From Escherichia coli (GTDB lineage Bacteria; Pseudomonadota; Gammaproteobacteria; Enterobacterales; Enterobacteriaceae): 64,000 nucleotides of DNA. The translations under genes and the position numbers were made by a program. Shown here one piece after another: positions 22,992 to 34,763 of the stretch. Location of the stretch: the NCBI RefSeq assembly GCF_003334385.1, contig NZ_QOWN01000003.1; one strand, 5' to 3'. The notes beneath the pieces are model-generated. The model worked only from the letters and a program-made list of their open reading frames with translations. It searched no databases and was not told where the DNA came from. Within the stretch, counting starts at the first letter, position 1; every line of letters begins with the position of its first letter.

Positions 22992-23639
22992 TTACACCTC
23001 TTCGGCGGCAGATAGCGGCCAGCCTCCCAGACGTTTCCAGCGGTTGACGATTTCACAAAACAGCACAGCAGTGCGTTCGGTGTCGTACAGCGCGGAGTGC
23101 GCCTGGGTGCTGTCGAAGTCCATGCCAGCGGTCTGGCAAGCCTTTGACAATACGGTTTGTCCGAGTGCCAGCCCGGCCAGTGCAGCAGTGTCAAAAGTGG
23201 CGAAAGGGTGGAACGGGTTACGTTTCAGTGAGGCGCGTTCTGCGGCGGCCATCATAAAGCTGTGATCAAAATTGGCATTGTGCGCCACCATAATGGCGCG
23301 GTTACAGCCGCTCGCTTTAATACCTTTACGTACAACTTTAAAAATTTCGTGCAGCGCCTCGTATTCGCTGACCGCGCCGCGATCGGGATCGTTCGGGTCA
23401 ATGCCGTTGAAGGCGAGGGCTTCTGGTTGCAAATTTGCGCCGACAAATGGTTCGACGTGGAAATGTAATGTGGTGTCCGGCATCAGCCAGCCTTGTTCAT
23501 CCATTTTCAGGGTGATGGCGGCAATCTCAAGCAGCGCATCGGTTTTGGCGTTAAATCCGGCTGTTTCAACATCGATCACAACAGGATAAAAACCACGAAA
23601 ACGGTCGCACAGACCGGTAAGTTGAGCGTTATCGGACAT
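22992..23639 (-). CDS. rnt: ribonuclease T
   Basis: 215 aa; DEDD exonuclease motif (VVIDVETAG). Confidence 0.95.
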   Translation of the reverse strand: MSDNAQLTGLCDRFRGFYPVVIDVETAGFNAKTDALLEIAAITLKMDEQGWLMPDTTLHFHVEPFVGANLQPEALAFNGIDPNDPDRGAVSEYEALHEIFKVVRKGIKASGCNRAIMVAHNANFDHSFMMAAAERASLKRNPFHPFATFDTAALAGLALGQTVLSKACQTAGMDFDSTQAHSALYDTERTAVLFCEIVNRWKRLGGWPLSAAEEV

Positions 23640-23741
23640 CTGATTCTCTTAATACGGATAAATTGCAGCGCGCATTATGACAAATATTACTTGTCGATGC
23701 AGTAAAGATGCGGGCGCGATGAGTTCACGCCCGGCAGGAGA

Positions 23742-24149
23742 TTAGTTGCCCAGACCGCGACCGGCGTCTTTCTCTTCGATTAACTCAATTTTGTAACCGT
23801 CCGGATCTTCCACAAACGCGATAACCGTAGTACCGCCTTTTACCGGACCCGCTTCACGGGTCACGTTACCCCCGTTTTGACGGATTTTTTCGCACGCTTC
23901 AGCGGCGTTATCTACGCTAAGCGCGATGTGACCATAAGCAGTGCCGAGTTCGTATTTATCCACGCCCCAGTTGTAGGTCAGTTCAATCACCGCTTCTTCG
24001 GTTTCCGGGCCGTAGCCAACAAACGCCAGTGAGTATTTGTATTCCGGGTTTTCGCTGGTACGCAGCAGTTTCATGCCCAGCACTTTGGTATAAAAATCGA
24101 TGGAGCGTTGCAAATCGCCAACGCGCAGCATGGTATGAAGAAGACGCAT
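23742..24149 (-). CDS. gloA: glyoxalase I (lactoylglutathione lyase)
   Basis: 135 aa, [21 protein letters not shown]-terminus. Confidence 0.95.
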
Positions 24150-24229
24150 CTTTTTATCCTCAAAATGGCTAACAGATTCAAAATGTTGTTTTAGTATAGC
24201 GGCGGCTTTACGCCGCTCGCAATGTTGGA

Positions 24230-25327
24230 TTACAACGTCGGGTAATCGGTATAGCCTTCCGCGCCGCCACCGTAGAAACTTTCGGCACGCTGTGGGTTAA
24301 GCTCAGCTTTGCGCTGCAAGCGGGCGACCAGATCCGGGTTCGCAATCCAGTCACGACCAAATGCCACCGCATCAATTAACCCTTTGCCGATCAGCGTTTC
24401 AGCTTTTTCTACTGTGTATGCACCTGCGCCGATAATCGGACCGTGGAAACGGGCGCGTACTTTTTCGCGGAACGCATCAGTATACGGTTCACCCCCCGCC
24501 CAATCTGGTTCTGACATATGCAGATAAGCAATGCCGCGTTTACCCAGTTGTTCAATCAGATACAGTGCATCGGCTTCTTCATTCGGGCCGTTATCTGTGT
24601 TCTGGAAAGTACCGATTGGTGAAACGCGAATGCCAATGCGATCGGCACCCCATTCTTCAATCCCGGCATCGACCACTTCCAGTACCAAACGTGCGCGATT
24701 TTCCACGCTGCCGCCGTACTGATCGGTACGATGGTTTGAAGAAGGAGAAAGGAACTGATGCAGCAAATAACCGTGAGCAGAGTGGAGCTCTACCAGATCA
24801 AAACCGGCTTCACGCGCGTTAGCAATGGCCTGACGGAAATCATTGACGATACCTGGAATCTCTTCCAGTTCAAGCGCACGCGGCATGGATGTTTCAACAC
24901 GGATCGCCTGACCATTTTCATCGCGCAGAGAAGTACGTGTTCCCGCGCTAAGTGCTGAAGGCGCTACCGGTGCCTGACCGCCAGGTTGCAGGCTGGCGTG
25001 AGAAATGCGTCCGGTGTGCCACAGCTGCACGGCCATATGACCATTTTCAGCATGAACGCCAGCGGTGATTTTTTTCCATGCGGCAATTTGCTCTGGACTA
25101 TGGATGCCAGGCGCACCTGCATATCCTTTTGCCTGGGCAGAAATTTGCGTGGCTTCACTAATAATCAAACCGGCACTGGCACGTTGGCGATAGTATTCCG
25201 CCATCAACGGGGTAGGAATGTCACCCGGTTCAATACTGCGCAGACGCGTCAGCGGTGCCATAAAAATACGGTTTGCCGCCGTGATCGCGCCCACTTTCAG
25301 TGGGGAATACAGTTTTTCAGATGACAT
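24230..25327 (-). CDS. nemA: N-ethylmaleimide reductase (Old Yellow Enzyme family)
   Basis: 365 aa OYE-like flavoprotein; downstream of nemR on the same strand. Confidence 0.95.
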
Positions 25328-25363
25328 AAAGGCTCCCGGTCGTCTGGTGATAAAAAATGCCTG

Positions 25364-25963
25364 CTAAACGGCAGGCGTCGCAATAATGTTTTTTACATGG
25401 GCCAGCGCGTTTTCCAGTGGCTCGAAACTGCGCGAAATTTTGGCCTGCAGATTCGCGCCAAGCCACAGTGCGTAAAGCACTTGTGCCTGTTGCAGCGGTT
25501 CGCCACAAAAGGTTAAACAATGGTTCTCACGGCCATTTTCCAGCGCCTGAGAGAGCAGGGCGATCACGCCGCGAGCACCTTTATCCATCGCGCTGCGCAT
25601 ATCTTCTGACAGATCGCACACTTCGGCAGAGAGTTTTACTGTCAGGCAACCACTGATGGTTCCATGTTGGCAAAACTGGTTCAGTGTTTGCTGGTAATAA
25701 GCCAGTATGCGGTCGCGGTAGTTACCTTCGCCGGATTGCAGCAACTCAGTCAGTCGCTGGTGATATGCGGCGTAATGACGCTCAAGCATGGCAACGCCAA
25801 ACGCTTCTTTAGAGCGAAAGTAGTGATAGAAGGACCCTTTCGGCACTTCAGCGGTTTTTAGTAATTCGCTTAGCCCCATCCCGGTGAATCCACGTTGCAG
25901 GCAAAGTTGCTCGCCCGTCGCCAGGAGATGTTCGCGAGTATCATGTTCGGTGTGTTTGTTCAT
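25364..25963 (-). CDS. nemR: TetR-family repressor NemR
   Basis: 199 aa; TetR HTH near N-terminus; palindromic operator immediately upstream. Confidence 0.9.
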   Translation of the reverse strand: MNKHTEHDTREHLLATGEQLCLQRGFTGMGLSELLKTAEVPKGSFYHYFRSKEAFGVAMLERHYAAYHQRLTELLQSGEGNYRDRILAYYQQTLNQFCQHGTISGCLTVKLSAEVCDLSEDMRSAMDKGARGVIALLSQALENGRENHCLTFCGEPLQQAQVLYALWLGANLQAKISRSFEPLENALAHVKNIIATPAV

Positions 25964-25977
25964 GCGTTGGAGTGTAG

Positions 25978-25993
25978 TAGACCAGTCGGTCTA
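25978..25993. promoter_or_regulatory. NemR-box-like inverted repeat in nemR promoter
   Basis: TAGACC-AGTC-GGTCTA, perfect 6-bp arms, 15 bp upstream of the nemR start; a second repeat CAAAGT-TGCT-ACTTTG at 26001-26016. Confidence 0.65.
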
Positions 25994-26065
25994 GTGCAAG
26001 CAAAGTTGCTACTTTGGACATTAACAGCTTCAATAATGGTAATAATCTTATCTGAGGAGGGCGAA

Positions 26066-26305
26066 GTGGCGGAGCAATTAGAGTTCTTTCCCGTCCAGAG
26101 CCCGTGCCGGGGAATTTGCCAGTCTGACGAACGCGGGTTTTGTCGCGGCTGTTTTCGTAGTCGTGATGAGCGTTTTAACTGGAATAAAATGAGCGATGGC
26201 GAAAAACAAGAGGTGCTGCGCCTTTGTCGGCAGCGATTAATGCGCAAATTACGCGCAAATAAGCCAGCGTCATCAGACGAACCGGAGCAACCATCACTCT
26301 TTTGA
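26066..26305 (+). CDS. ydhL: DUF1289-family small Cys-rich protein YdhL
   Basis: 79 codons from GTG at 26066 with GAGGAGG RBS; CxGxC...CxGC motifs; the track ORF 25895.. is an upstream extension. Confidence 0.7.
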   Translation: MAEQLEFFPVQSPCRGICQSDERGFCRGCFRSRDERFNWNKMSDGEKQEVLRLCRQRLMRKLRANKPASSDEPEQPSLF

Positions 26306-26353
26306 ACCTAATCTTGCGTATACTCCTCTCATATCTGATAAGAGGAAGCGATT

Positions 26354-27250
26354 ATGGTTCAGCGTATTACTATTGCGCCGCAAGGCCCGGAGTTTTCCCG
26401 TTTTGTGATGGGCTACTGGCGATTGATGGACTGGAATATGTCCGCCCGCCAGCTGGTCAGTTTTATTGAAGAGCATCTGGATCTCGGCGTGACCACCGTG
26501 GACCATGCTGATATTTATGGTGGCTATCAGTGCGAAGCGGCGTTTGGCGAGGCACTGAAACTGGCACCTCACCTGCGTGAACGGATGGAAATCGTCAGTA
26601 AATGCGGTATCGCGACGACCGCGCGTGAAGAAAACGTCATTGGTCATTACATCACTGACCGCGATCACATCATTAAGAGCGCCGAACAGTCGCTAATTAA
26701 TCTCGCGACCGATCATCTGGATTTGCTGTTAATCCACCGACCAGACCCGTTAATGGATGCCGATGAAGTGGCGGACGCGTTCAAACATCTGCATCAGAGC
26801 GGCAAAGTGCGTCATTTTGGCGTATCGAACTTTACGCCTGCGCAATTTGCCCTGTTGCAATCACGTCTGCCGTTTACCCTTGCCACTAATCAGGTGGAAA
26901 TATCCCCGGTGCATCAGCCGTTACTGCTGGATGGCACGCTCGACCAACTACAACAACTGCGTGTTCGTCCGATGGCGTGGTCCTGCCTTGGTGGTGGTCG
27001 TCTGTTTAATGATGATTATTTCCAGCCGCTGCGTGATGAACTGGCTGTGGTGGCAGAGGAGTTAAACGCGGGCTCGATTGAACAGGTGGTTTACGCCTGG
27101 GTATTACGTTTACCATCGCAGCCGCTGCCAATTATCGGTTCAGGTAAAATTGAGCGCGTACGGGCAGCTGTCGAAGCAGAAACACTGAAAATGACCCGTC
27201 AACAATGGTTTCGTATCCGTAAAGCGGCACTGGGGTACGACGTACCGTAA
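26354..27250 (+). CDS. ydhF: aldo-keto reductase YdhF
   Basis: 298 aa AKR-like ORF. Confidence 0.9.
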   Translation: MVQRITIAPQGPEFSRFVMGYWRLMDWNMSARQLVSFIEEHLDLGVTTVDHADIYGGYQCEAAFGEALKLAPHLRERMEIVSKCGIATTAREENVIGHYITDRDHIIKSAEQSLINLATDHLDLLLIHRPDPLMDADEVADAFKHLHQSGKVRHFGVSNFTPAQFALLQSRLPFTLATNQVEISPVHQPLLLDGTLDQLQQLRVRPMAWSCLGGGRLFNDDYFQPLRDELAVVAEELNAGSIEQVVYAWVLRLPSQPLPIIGSGKIERVRAAVEAETLKMTRQQWFRIRKAALGYDVP

Positions 27251-27330
27251 GCACTTTTAGGAATAGCCGCCGTTCAAAAATGTGTCACTGGTTTACACTT
27301 ATTCAGGAATGCACAATGAACGGAGGTCCT

Positions 27331-27852
27331 ATGAAACGTTTTAGTCTGGCTATTCTGGCGCTGGTTGTTGCAACCGGCGCACAAGCTGCCAGTGAAAAAG
27401 TCGAGATGAACCTCGTCACGTCGCAAGGGGTAGGGCAGTCAATTGGTAGCGTCACCATTACTGAAACCGATAAAGGTCTGGAGTTTTCGCCCGATCTGAA
27501 AGCATTACCCCCCGGTGAACATGGCTTCCATATTCATGCCAAAGGAAGCTGCCAGCCAGCCACCAAAGATGGCAAAGCCAGCGCCGCGGAATCCGCAGGC
27601 GGGCATCTTGATCCACAAAATACCGGTAAACATGAAGGGCCAGAAGGTGCCGGGCATTTAGGCGATCTGCCTGCACTGGTCGTCAATAATGACGGCAAAG
27701 CTACCGATGCCGTCATCGCGCCTCGTCTGAAATCACTGGATGAAATCAAAGACAAAGCGCTGATGGTCCACGTTGGCGGCGATAATATGTCCGATCAACC
27801 TAAACCGCTGGGCGGTGGCGGTGAACGCTATGCCTGTGGTGTAATTAAGTAA
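27331..27852 (+). CDS. sodC: periplasmic Cu,Zn superoxide dismutase
   Basis: 173 aa from MKRFSLAILALVVATGAQA signal peptide; His-rich Cu/Zn ligands (GFHIHAKG...GGHLDPQ). Confidence 0.9.
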   Translation: MKRFSLAILALVVATGAQAASEKVEMNLVTSQGVGQSIGSVTITETDKGLEFSPDLKALPPGEHGFHIHAKGSCQPATKDGKASAAESAGGHLDPQNTGKHEGPEGAGHLGDLPALVVNNDGKATDAVIAPRLKSLDEIKDKALMVHVGGDNMSDQPKPLGGGGERYACGVIK

Positions 27853-29865
27853 TTAAGAGGCCAGCGTACCTTGCGGTGGTGCTTGCTCAAGTTGCGAAAG
27901 CGAGCAGTACAGCCGCCAGACAATTGCCGCCAGCTCACGGGCGGCAGGTTGATGATGACGGGCAAGGCTGTCGCAAATCCGCTGTAATTCTTCAAGTGTG
28001 GCCGCCAGTGATTTTTGCTGAACGCCACGCTCACTCATCACTCCCCGCAACAGTGAAATACAGTTATCCCGTACTCGCGATAACGGATCGGAACGCGATT
28101 CCCAGTCGCGCAATTGCCAGACAACATGAGAACAGTTCAGCAGCACTACACCCCAGCGTAATAACCAACGGCGAGCCAGCGCATCCTGGCTGTTACTCAA
28201 CTGACTGACGTGATGATAAGTGAGCGATTCAAATTCGCTTTCACTCAGTGTTGGATGGCGGCTTAGCTGATCGACAAAATCCCGGCGCAGCGCGCGAATA
28301 TGGCGGCGGCTTTTACGAGCATCCGATCCTGGACGCAGAATGGCGAACTCTAACCACGCCAACGCGACGCCAACGATTTTTGCCAGATTCTCGTTAAGAA
28401 AATCAGCAAAATCATACACCGGGGGATTAGTGACAGCGATAAAAGAACCCATAAAAACAATCAGTTGCCCCCACAATGCGGCAAATTTTGGCATCTGCAA
28501 TTTAAGAAGCTGCATTGTCGCCAGCAGTGGAAAGAGAAACAGTAAAAATTGCCACAGATCGCTAATCTGGACCATCAGACCAAATTTGACCACAAAGCTG
28601 AATAGCGAAAGTAACACCAGCGTGCGCATCAGAAGTGACAACGACTTAAACGGTGCTGCGACGGCGGAGTAGAGTACGCAGCTAATTGCTGCCAGCGTTA
28701 ATGCATTGGCACCGGCATCCCATTGCGAAGCAATACTCCATGCGCCAATCATCATCAACGTACAAAATGTACGCAGCCCGCTCCACATAGCTTCGGCGTT
28801 ATCGGTATGACGAGCCAGGCCGGATGTCCGTGGGAGTCTGGTATGATCATCTACACCGCTTTGCAGACGATGTAATTCCTGACTACTTTGCAGATAAAGG
28901 CGGCAAAAATAACGTAGTCGCTGCCAGAAGGCGACGTGCCGATAGTCGGCGACGTTGGTCGGGCGTAGCGGGGCGATAATACGTGCGACGGTGTAAACAT
29001 CTGTTTGCGAACTGGCGAGCGCCGTCAGCAACTGTTCGAGAATTTCTCGTGTGGCACCTGGCGGTGAGGGCCAGTTGAGCAACATACGTCGCAGGCTGGA
29101 GATGACACTGGTCATACGTAATTGCTGGTGGAGCAGCGCATTAAGGCGCGCGTTTTGCTGGCGAAAACGATAGTGGCTCCAGAAAGCCTGGATACGCAGC
29201 AAATTCATGGTCAGTATCTGCCCAATCACCCCTTCATGTGCTGCACGAATGGCATCGGTTGTTTCAGGCTGCCAGAGTAAACTGGCATGTTCCAGTAATC
29301 GGGCGTGCATGTTTTTCAATGCGGTTAAAAGGGCAGTAGCATCGGAACTGCTCGGCAGGATCATCATCATCATGCCGCCGCACAAAATACCGACTATTAC
29401 CTCGCAAACGCGCGCCTGAGCGATATCCCACAGCTGGCTGGCCTCAGTAATATTAACCATCGGAAAGGCGATGATGGCAGCCGTGTAGCCCGCCAGTTGA
29501 AATGCATACGCGACGTTATTCGTGAAGTGCGCACAGGCCCAGGTACAAAAGCCAAGCCACGCCGACATGCTCAATAGAAAAAACCACGGCTCATTGAGCG
29601 TATGCCCGGCAAGAAGCAGTGCCGCAATGGCTCCGAGCAAACTGCCAGCGATGCGTCCGAGGCTTTTGCTGATAACACCGCCAACGGTGGGAAAGCTAAC
29701 CACTGCAGCCGAGGTCATCGCCCAATAGGGTTCATCCAGATTTAAATAATAGGCAACCGTCAGCGCCAGACACATGGCAATGGTATTGCGTAACGCATAA
29801 CGCCATTGCGCCAGCGTGGCCCTGAACCAGGGCAAATTGCGCAAGGACCATGACGATGCGTTCAT
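27853..29865 (-). CDS. ydhK: FUSC-family (AaeB-like) inner membrane efflux component YdhK
   Basis: 670 aa; start overlaps ydhJ stop by 1 nt. Confidence 0.85.
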   Translation of the reverse strand: MNASSWSLRNLPWFRATLAQWRYALRNTIAMCLALTVAYYLNLDEPYWAMTSAAVVSFPTVGGVISKSLGRIAGSLLGAIAALLLAGHTLNEPWFFLLSMSAWLGFCTWACAHFTNNVAYAFQLAGYTAAIIAFPMVNITEASQLWDIAQARVCEVIVGILCGGMMMMILPSSSDATALLTALKNMHARLLEHASLLWQPETTDAIRAAHEGVIGQILTMNLLRIQAFWSHYRFRQQNARLNALLHQQLRMTSVISSLRRMLLNWPSPPGATREILEQLLTALASSQTDVYTVARIIAPLRPTNVADYRHVAFWQRLRYFCRLYLQSSQELHRLQSGVDDHTRLPRTSGLARHTDNAEAMWSGLRTFCTLMMIGAWSIASQWDAGANALTLAAISCVLYSAVAAPFKSLSLLMRTLVLLSLFSFVVKFGLMVQISDLWQFLLFLFPLLATMQLLKLQMPKFAALWGQLIVFMGSFIAVTNPPVYDFADFLNENLAKIVGVALAWLEFAILRPGSDARKSRRHIRALRRDFVDQLSRHPTLSESEFESLTYHHVSQLSNSQDALARRWLLRWGVVLLNCSHVVWQLRDWESRSDPLSRVRDNCISLLRGVMSERGVQQKSLAATLEELQRICDSLARHHQPAARELAAIVWRLYCSLSQLEQAPPQGTLAS

Positions 29866-30722
29866 TATTGACCTACGGCAATGCTACAGGTGGTGCCCGA
29901 CACCAACGTGACATCGCCTGGGACTTTATCCAGCGCAAAGCGGACGGGAACGCGTTGGGCGAGTCGAACCCAGGGGACGTTAGGTTTAACATCCGGAATA
30001 AGGCTTGAGTCACTTTCAACGCTCTGATCATAAATCGCCCGACCGATACTGGAAACGTGACCCTGTAACGTTTTGTTATCACTATAGAGGGTAATTTGTG
30101 CTGGTGCACCTTCGCGGATATGGCGCAACTTGGTTTCTTCAAAATAACCAATGACGTAAAACGAGTGGCTGTCGACAAGGGCAAACAGCGGTTTCCCGGT
30201 ATCAGCGTAATCGCCGATGCGGGTAGTAAGGTTAGTCACCCATCCACTCACCGGGGCGCGAATTTCCGTTTGCGCCAGTTGCCATTGTGCCTGTTTCAGC
30301 GTCGCCTGTGCGGCATCAACACTGGCCTGCATCGCTTTAACATTGAGGTTAGCGGTATCGAGTTCTTCGGCAGAAATAAAATTTTGTGAGAGATGACGAC
30401 GACGATTCGCTTCGTTATTGGCTTTTGCGAGGTCAGATTGCGCTTTCGCCAGCTGAGCCTGTGCGTTCAGCTCGGCGATCTGAAAGGGCGTTTTATCGAT
30501 CGTGAGCAGAAGATCCCCCGCGTTAACCAGCTGGTTGTCTTTTATATTCAGCTCAACAATACGTCCCGACACCTGTGGGGTGATAGAAACCTGTTCTGCG
30601 CGTATTTTCCCGTCGCGTGTCCACGGAGATTGCATGTAATAATTCCACAGCCACCATCCGGCAAGAACCGCAACTACCGCTACAATGATTGTTGAGAAAT
30701 ACTTAATTGTTTTAATTGACAT
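29865..30722 (-). CDS. ydhJ: HlyD-family membrane fusion protein YdhJ (AaeA-like)
   Basis: 285 aa from MSIKTIKYF; track ORF 29865..30764 is extended upstream. Confidence 0.85.
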   Translation of the reverse strand: MSIKTIKYFSTIIVAVVAVLAGWWLWNYYMQSPWTRDGKIRAEQVSITPQVSGRIVELNIKDNQLVNAGDLLLTIDKTPFQIAELNAQAQLAKAQSDLAKANNEANRRRHLSQNFISAEELDTANLNVKAMQASVDAAQATLKQAQWQLAQTEIRAPVSGWVTNLTTRIGDYADTGKPLFALVDSHSFYVIGYFEETKLRHIREGAPAQITLYSDNKTLQGHVSSIGRAIYDQSVESDSSLIPDVKPNVPWVRLAQRVPVRFALDKVPGDVTLVSGTTCSIAVGQ

Positions 30723-30724
30723 AG

Positions 30725-30961
30725 TTACCACGCAATCAGTATTGCCAGAGCAAGGCAAACGCAAATCGCAAACAGCGATAAATCCATTAACAAGGGATGC
30801 CAGATGTCACCGGCGTAGATCCAGCCACGAAGCAGGCGGTGTACGACAAGCCAGATGACGAATCCAAACGCGAATGCTTTGAAAAACGGAGGAAAGTAGA
30901 CGGACGCACCGAACACCAGATCTTGTAAGGGCAATCCTGTTGCATTGAGCATAAACTTCAC
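30725..30961 (-). CDS. ydhI: DUF1656 small membrane protein YdhI (AaeX-like)
   Basis: 78 aa, two predicted TM helices; first gene of ydhIJK, divergent from slyA. Confidence 0.75.
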
Positions 30962-31133
30962 AAAGTAGATTCCTTTACGACCGAATATATTGCGTTAGAT
31001 TAATAAATATTCTTTAAGTGCGAAAAATTTACGCGCAATTTCTGAAAAATATGTCTGACGGTAACCAAATGCAGCAATACATTTGTTTTAGCAATACAAT
31101 TGCTGCACACTATTCTAAAAGCCGCATAATATC

Positions 31134-31145
31134 TTAGCAAGCTAA
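31134..31145. promoter_or_regulatory. SlyA-binding palindrome upstream of slyA
   Basis: Perfect 12-bp palindrome TTAGCAAGCTAA ending 11 bp before the slyA ATG; related repeat AGCAAT-ACA-ATTGCT at 31090-31104. Confidence 0.65.
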
Positions 31146-31155
31146 TTATAAGGAG

Positions 31156-31596
31156 ATGAAATTGGAATCGCCACTAGGTTCTGATCTGGCACGGTTGGTG
31201 CGCATATGGCGTGCTCTGATAGACCATCGCCTGAAACCGCTGGAGTTAACACAAACCCATTGGGTTACGTTACACAATATCCATCAGTTACCTCCAGACC
31301 AGTCGCAAATTCAACTGGCAAAAGCGATTGGCATCGAGCAGCCATCACTGGTCCGTACTCTGGACCAACTGGAAGAAAAAGGGTTAATTTCGCGTCAAAC
31401 TTGTGCCAGCGATCGTCGGGCTAAACGTATTAAACTGACGGAAAAGGCAGAGCCGCTGATCAGCGAAATGGAAGCTGTTATTAACAAAACCCGCGCGGAA
31501 ATATTACATGGCATCTCCGCAGAGGAACTGGAGCAACTGATTACGCTCATCGCAAAACTTGAGCATAATATCATTGAGTTACAGGCCAAAGGGTGA
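31156..31596 (+). CDS. slyA: MarR-family transcriptional regulator SlyA
   Basis: 146 aa from ATG (alternative TTG at 31162 gives 144 aa); winged-helix MarR fold sequence. Confidence 0.95.
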
Positions 31597-31642
31597 AATG
31601 AAGGGGGCGTGTGGTCAGTAACCTGACCACACGCAAACTTAT

Positions 31643-32110
31643 TTAGCGCGGAGAAACGGTCACCTGACTGCCATTGCTGGCCAGTACGACACGTTGGCCC
31701 GGAGAGAAACGAGTGTTGCCTTGTTTCTGTACCACCATGATGGTATTACCATCGTCTTTACGAATTTCCAGCTCGACACCCTGCGTTTTGTTCATTGCAC
31801 TCTGTACGCCCTGACCAGCTACGCCACCTGCAACAGCGCCTGCTGCAGTAGCCAGAGAACGCCCGGTTCCGCCACCAACAGTATTCCCCAGGAAACCACC
31901 AAGAACAGCACCGCCAATTGCACCGATAACGTTGGAATCATCACCGCCCTGAATCTGTACCGGACGTACGTTAACGATGGTGCCATAGCTGACATTCTGT
32001 ACTTGTTTCGCTTCAGAAGCGGTATAAACATCCCCTGACAGGGTGTCGTTATTAACACAACCGACAAGAGACAGACCTACCATTGAAACAACCAATACGC
32101 GTTTAATCAT
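31643..32110 (-). CDS. slyB: outer membrane lipoprotein SlyB
   Basis: 155 aa, lipobox LVGC, Gly-rich region. Confidence 0.9.
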   Translation of the reverse strand: MIKRVLVVSMVGLSLVGCVNNDTLSGDVYTASEAKQVQNVSYGTIVNVRPVQIQGGDDSNVIGAIGGAVLGGFLGNTVGGGTGRSLATAAGAVAGGVAGQGVQSAMNKTQGVELEIRKDDGNTIMVVQKQGNTRFSPGQRVVLASNGSQVTVSPR

Positions 32111-32383
32111 TGAAAAATCTCCTGTTCACCATGAAACGCCACGCAAGCATCCCTCATGGTCAAAGTATATGGCATATGTGAATCCATGGTTACATGTTCT
32201 ACCAAATATGAGCAAATCATAATGAAAGTAGGATCAACCAATTATAAACAAAACATTCATGATGATTATTGATTTGAAGATAATGTTTTACTACCAACGG
32301 TAAAAATCGGTCATTCCGCATGGTATTCACGAAAAGTTTATGTTTGAGTGGTGCGCAAACGTCAGATTGAAAAAGGATGAACT

Positions 32384-33493
32384 ATGAAATCGGGCCGCTT
32401 TATTGGCGTTATGTCAGGCACCAGCCTTGATGGTGTTGATGTTGTGTTGGCGACAATTGATGAACACCGGGTCGCACAGCTGGCAAGTTTGAGTTGGCCG
32501 ATCCCGGTATCTCTGAAACAGGCTGTACTGGATATTTGCCAGGGCCAGCAGCTTACACTTTCGCAGTTTGGACAGCTTGATACTCAACTCGGGCGACTTT
32601 TTGCTGATGCGGTCAATGCCTTGCTTAAGGAACAAAATCTGCAGGCAAGAGATATAGTTGCGATCGGTTGTCACGGTCAAACCGTCTGGCATGAACCGAC
32701 GGGCGTGGCACCACACACTTTACAGATTGGCGATAACAATCAAATTGTGGCACGCACCGGAATTACGGTTGTCGGTGATTTTCGCCGTCGCGATATTGCC
32801 TTGGGAGGACAAGGCGCACCGCTGGTACCTGCGTTCCATCATGCGCTGCTGGCTCACCCAACCGAGCGACGAATGGTGCTCAATATTGGCGGCATCGCCA
32901 ATCTGTCACTGCTCATTCCTGGGCAGCCGGTTGGGGGCTACGATACCGGTCCTGGTAACATGCTGATGGATGCCTGGATCTGGCGTCAGGCCGGTAAACC
33001 TTACGATAAAGATGCCGAGTGGGCACGGGCGGGTAAAGTTATTCTCCCACTGCTGCAAAATATGCTCAGCGACCCGTATTTCTCGCAACCTGCACCGAAA
33101 AGCACCGGACGCGAATACTTTAACTATGGTTGGCTGGAGCGCCATTTGCGCCATTTTCCGGGTGTTGATCCCCGAGATGTGCAGGCGACACTGGCAGAAC
33201 TCACCGCCGTGACCATTTCTGAACAAGTTTTGTTGAGCGGTGGCTGCGAACGATTGATGGTATGTGGTGGAGGTAGTCGTAATCCGCTACTCATGGCGCG
33301 TCTGGCGGCATTACTGCCAGGCACAGAAGTCACCACCACCGATGCCGTTGGCATTAGTGGCGATGACATGGAAGCATTGGCTTTCGCCTGGCTTGCCTGG
33401 CGGACGCTGGCGGGATTACCAGGAAATCTGCCTTCCGTCACTGGCGCAAGCCAGGAGACGGTACTGGGGGCTATTTTCCCCGCTAACCCGTGA
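32384..33493 (+). CDS. anmK: anhydro-N-acetylmuramic acid kinase
   Basis: 369 aa, [21 protein letters not shown]-terminus. Confidence 0.9.
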
Positions 33494-33590
33494 TATCAGA
33501 GTTAACTGAATTTTTCTTACCGCGTCTGCCGTTACACTTGGAACGTTAGGGAGGGCGTATTGCCCTCCAGACCAGGAAAGTCTTCGGGAT

Positions 33591-33920
33591 ATGACTATGA
33601 AAAAACTGTTAATTATCATTTTGCCGGTCCTTCTCTCCGGCTGTAGCGCCTTTAATCAGCTGGTTGAGCGCATGCAAATCGATACGCTGGAATACCAGTG
33701 TGATGAAAAACCGTTGACGGTCAAACTGAATAATCCGCGCCAGGAGGTCAGTTTTGTTTACGATAATCAACTACTGCATCTCAAACAGGGCATTTCAGCC
33801 TCTGGCGCGCGTTACACTGACGGAATCTATGTTTTCTGGTCGAAAGGCGATGAAGCGACTGTCTATAAACGCGACCGCATCGTCTTGAATAACTGTCAGT
33901 TACAAAATCCACAGCGTTGA
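33591..33920 (+). CDS. mliC: membrane-bound lysozyme inhibitor of C-type lysozyme
   Basis: 109 aa lipoprotein (LLSGC lipobox). Confidence 0.85.
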   Translation: MTMKKLLIIILPVLLSGCSAFNQLVERMQIDTLEYQCDEKPLTVKLNNPRQEVSFVYDNQLLHLKQGISASGARYTDGIYVFWSKGDEATVYKRDRIVLNNCQLQNPQR

Positions 33921-33978
33921 GATTTTTCCAGGGGCGGCGCACAATAGCGTCACCCACTGACAATCCGTAAAGAAAACC

Positions 33979-34635
33979 ATGTCTGATAACGACGAATTGC
34001 AGCAAATCGCGCATCTGCGCCGTGAATACACCAAAGGCGGGTTACGCCGCCGCGATCTTCCCGCCGATCCATTAACCCTTTTTGAACGTTGGCTCTCTCA
34101 GGCTTGTGAAGCCAAACTGGCGGACCCTACCGCGATGGTGGTCGCTACCGTGGATGAACATGGTCAGCCTTATCAGCGCATCGTTTTACTCAAACATTAC
34201 GACGAAAAAGGCATGGTGTTTTACACCAACCTCGGCAGCCGTAAAGCACATCAAATCGAAAATAATCCGCGCGTTAGCCTGCTGTTCCCGTGGCATACCC
34301 TTGAGCGCCAGGTGATGGTGATCGGTAAAGCAGAACGACTTTCGACTCTCGAAGTGATGAAATATTTTCATAGCCGCCCGCGTGATAGCCAGATTGGTGC
34401 ATGGGTTTCGAAGCAGTCCAGTCGCATTTCTGCCCGCGGTATCCTTGAAAGTAAATTCCTGGAGCTGAAGCAGAAGTTTCAACAGGGCGAAGTGCCATTG
34501 CCGAGCTTTTGGGGCGGTTTTCGCGTCAGCCTTGAACAGATTGAGTTCTGGCAGGGTGGTGAGCATCGCCTGCATGACCGCTTTTTGTACCAGCGTGAAA
34601 ATGATGCGTGGAAGATTGATCGTCTTGCACCCTGA
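33979..34635 (+). CDS. pdxH: pyridoxine/pyridoxamine 5'-phosphate oxidase
   Basis: 218 aa; first gene of pdxH-tyrS-pdxY cluster. Confidence 0.95.
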
Positions 34636-34763
34636 AAAGATGCAAAAATCTTGCTTTAATCGCTGGTACTCCTGATTCTGGCACTTTATTCTATGTCTCT
34701 TTCGCATCTGGCGAAAAGTCGTGTACCGGCAAAGGTGCAGTCGTTATATACATGGAGATTTTG

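Noticed and set aside
25895-26305. 136-aa extended ydhL ORF
   Set aside because: The extension overlaps the nemR promoter and operator; GTG at 26066 with a GAGGAGG RBS gives the 79-aa product.
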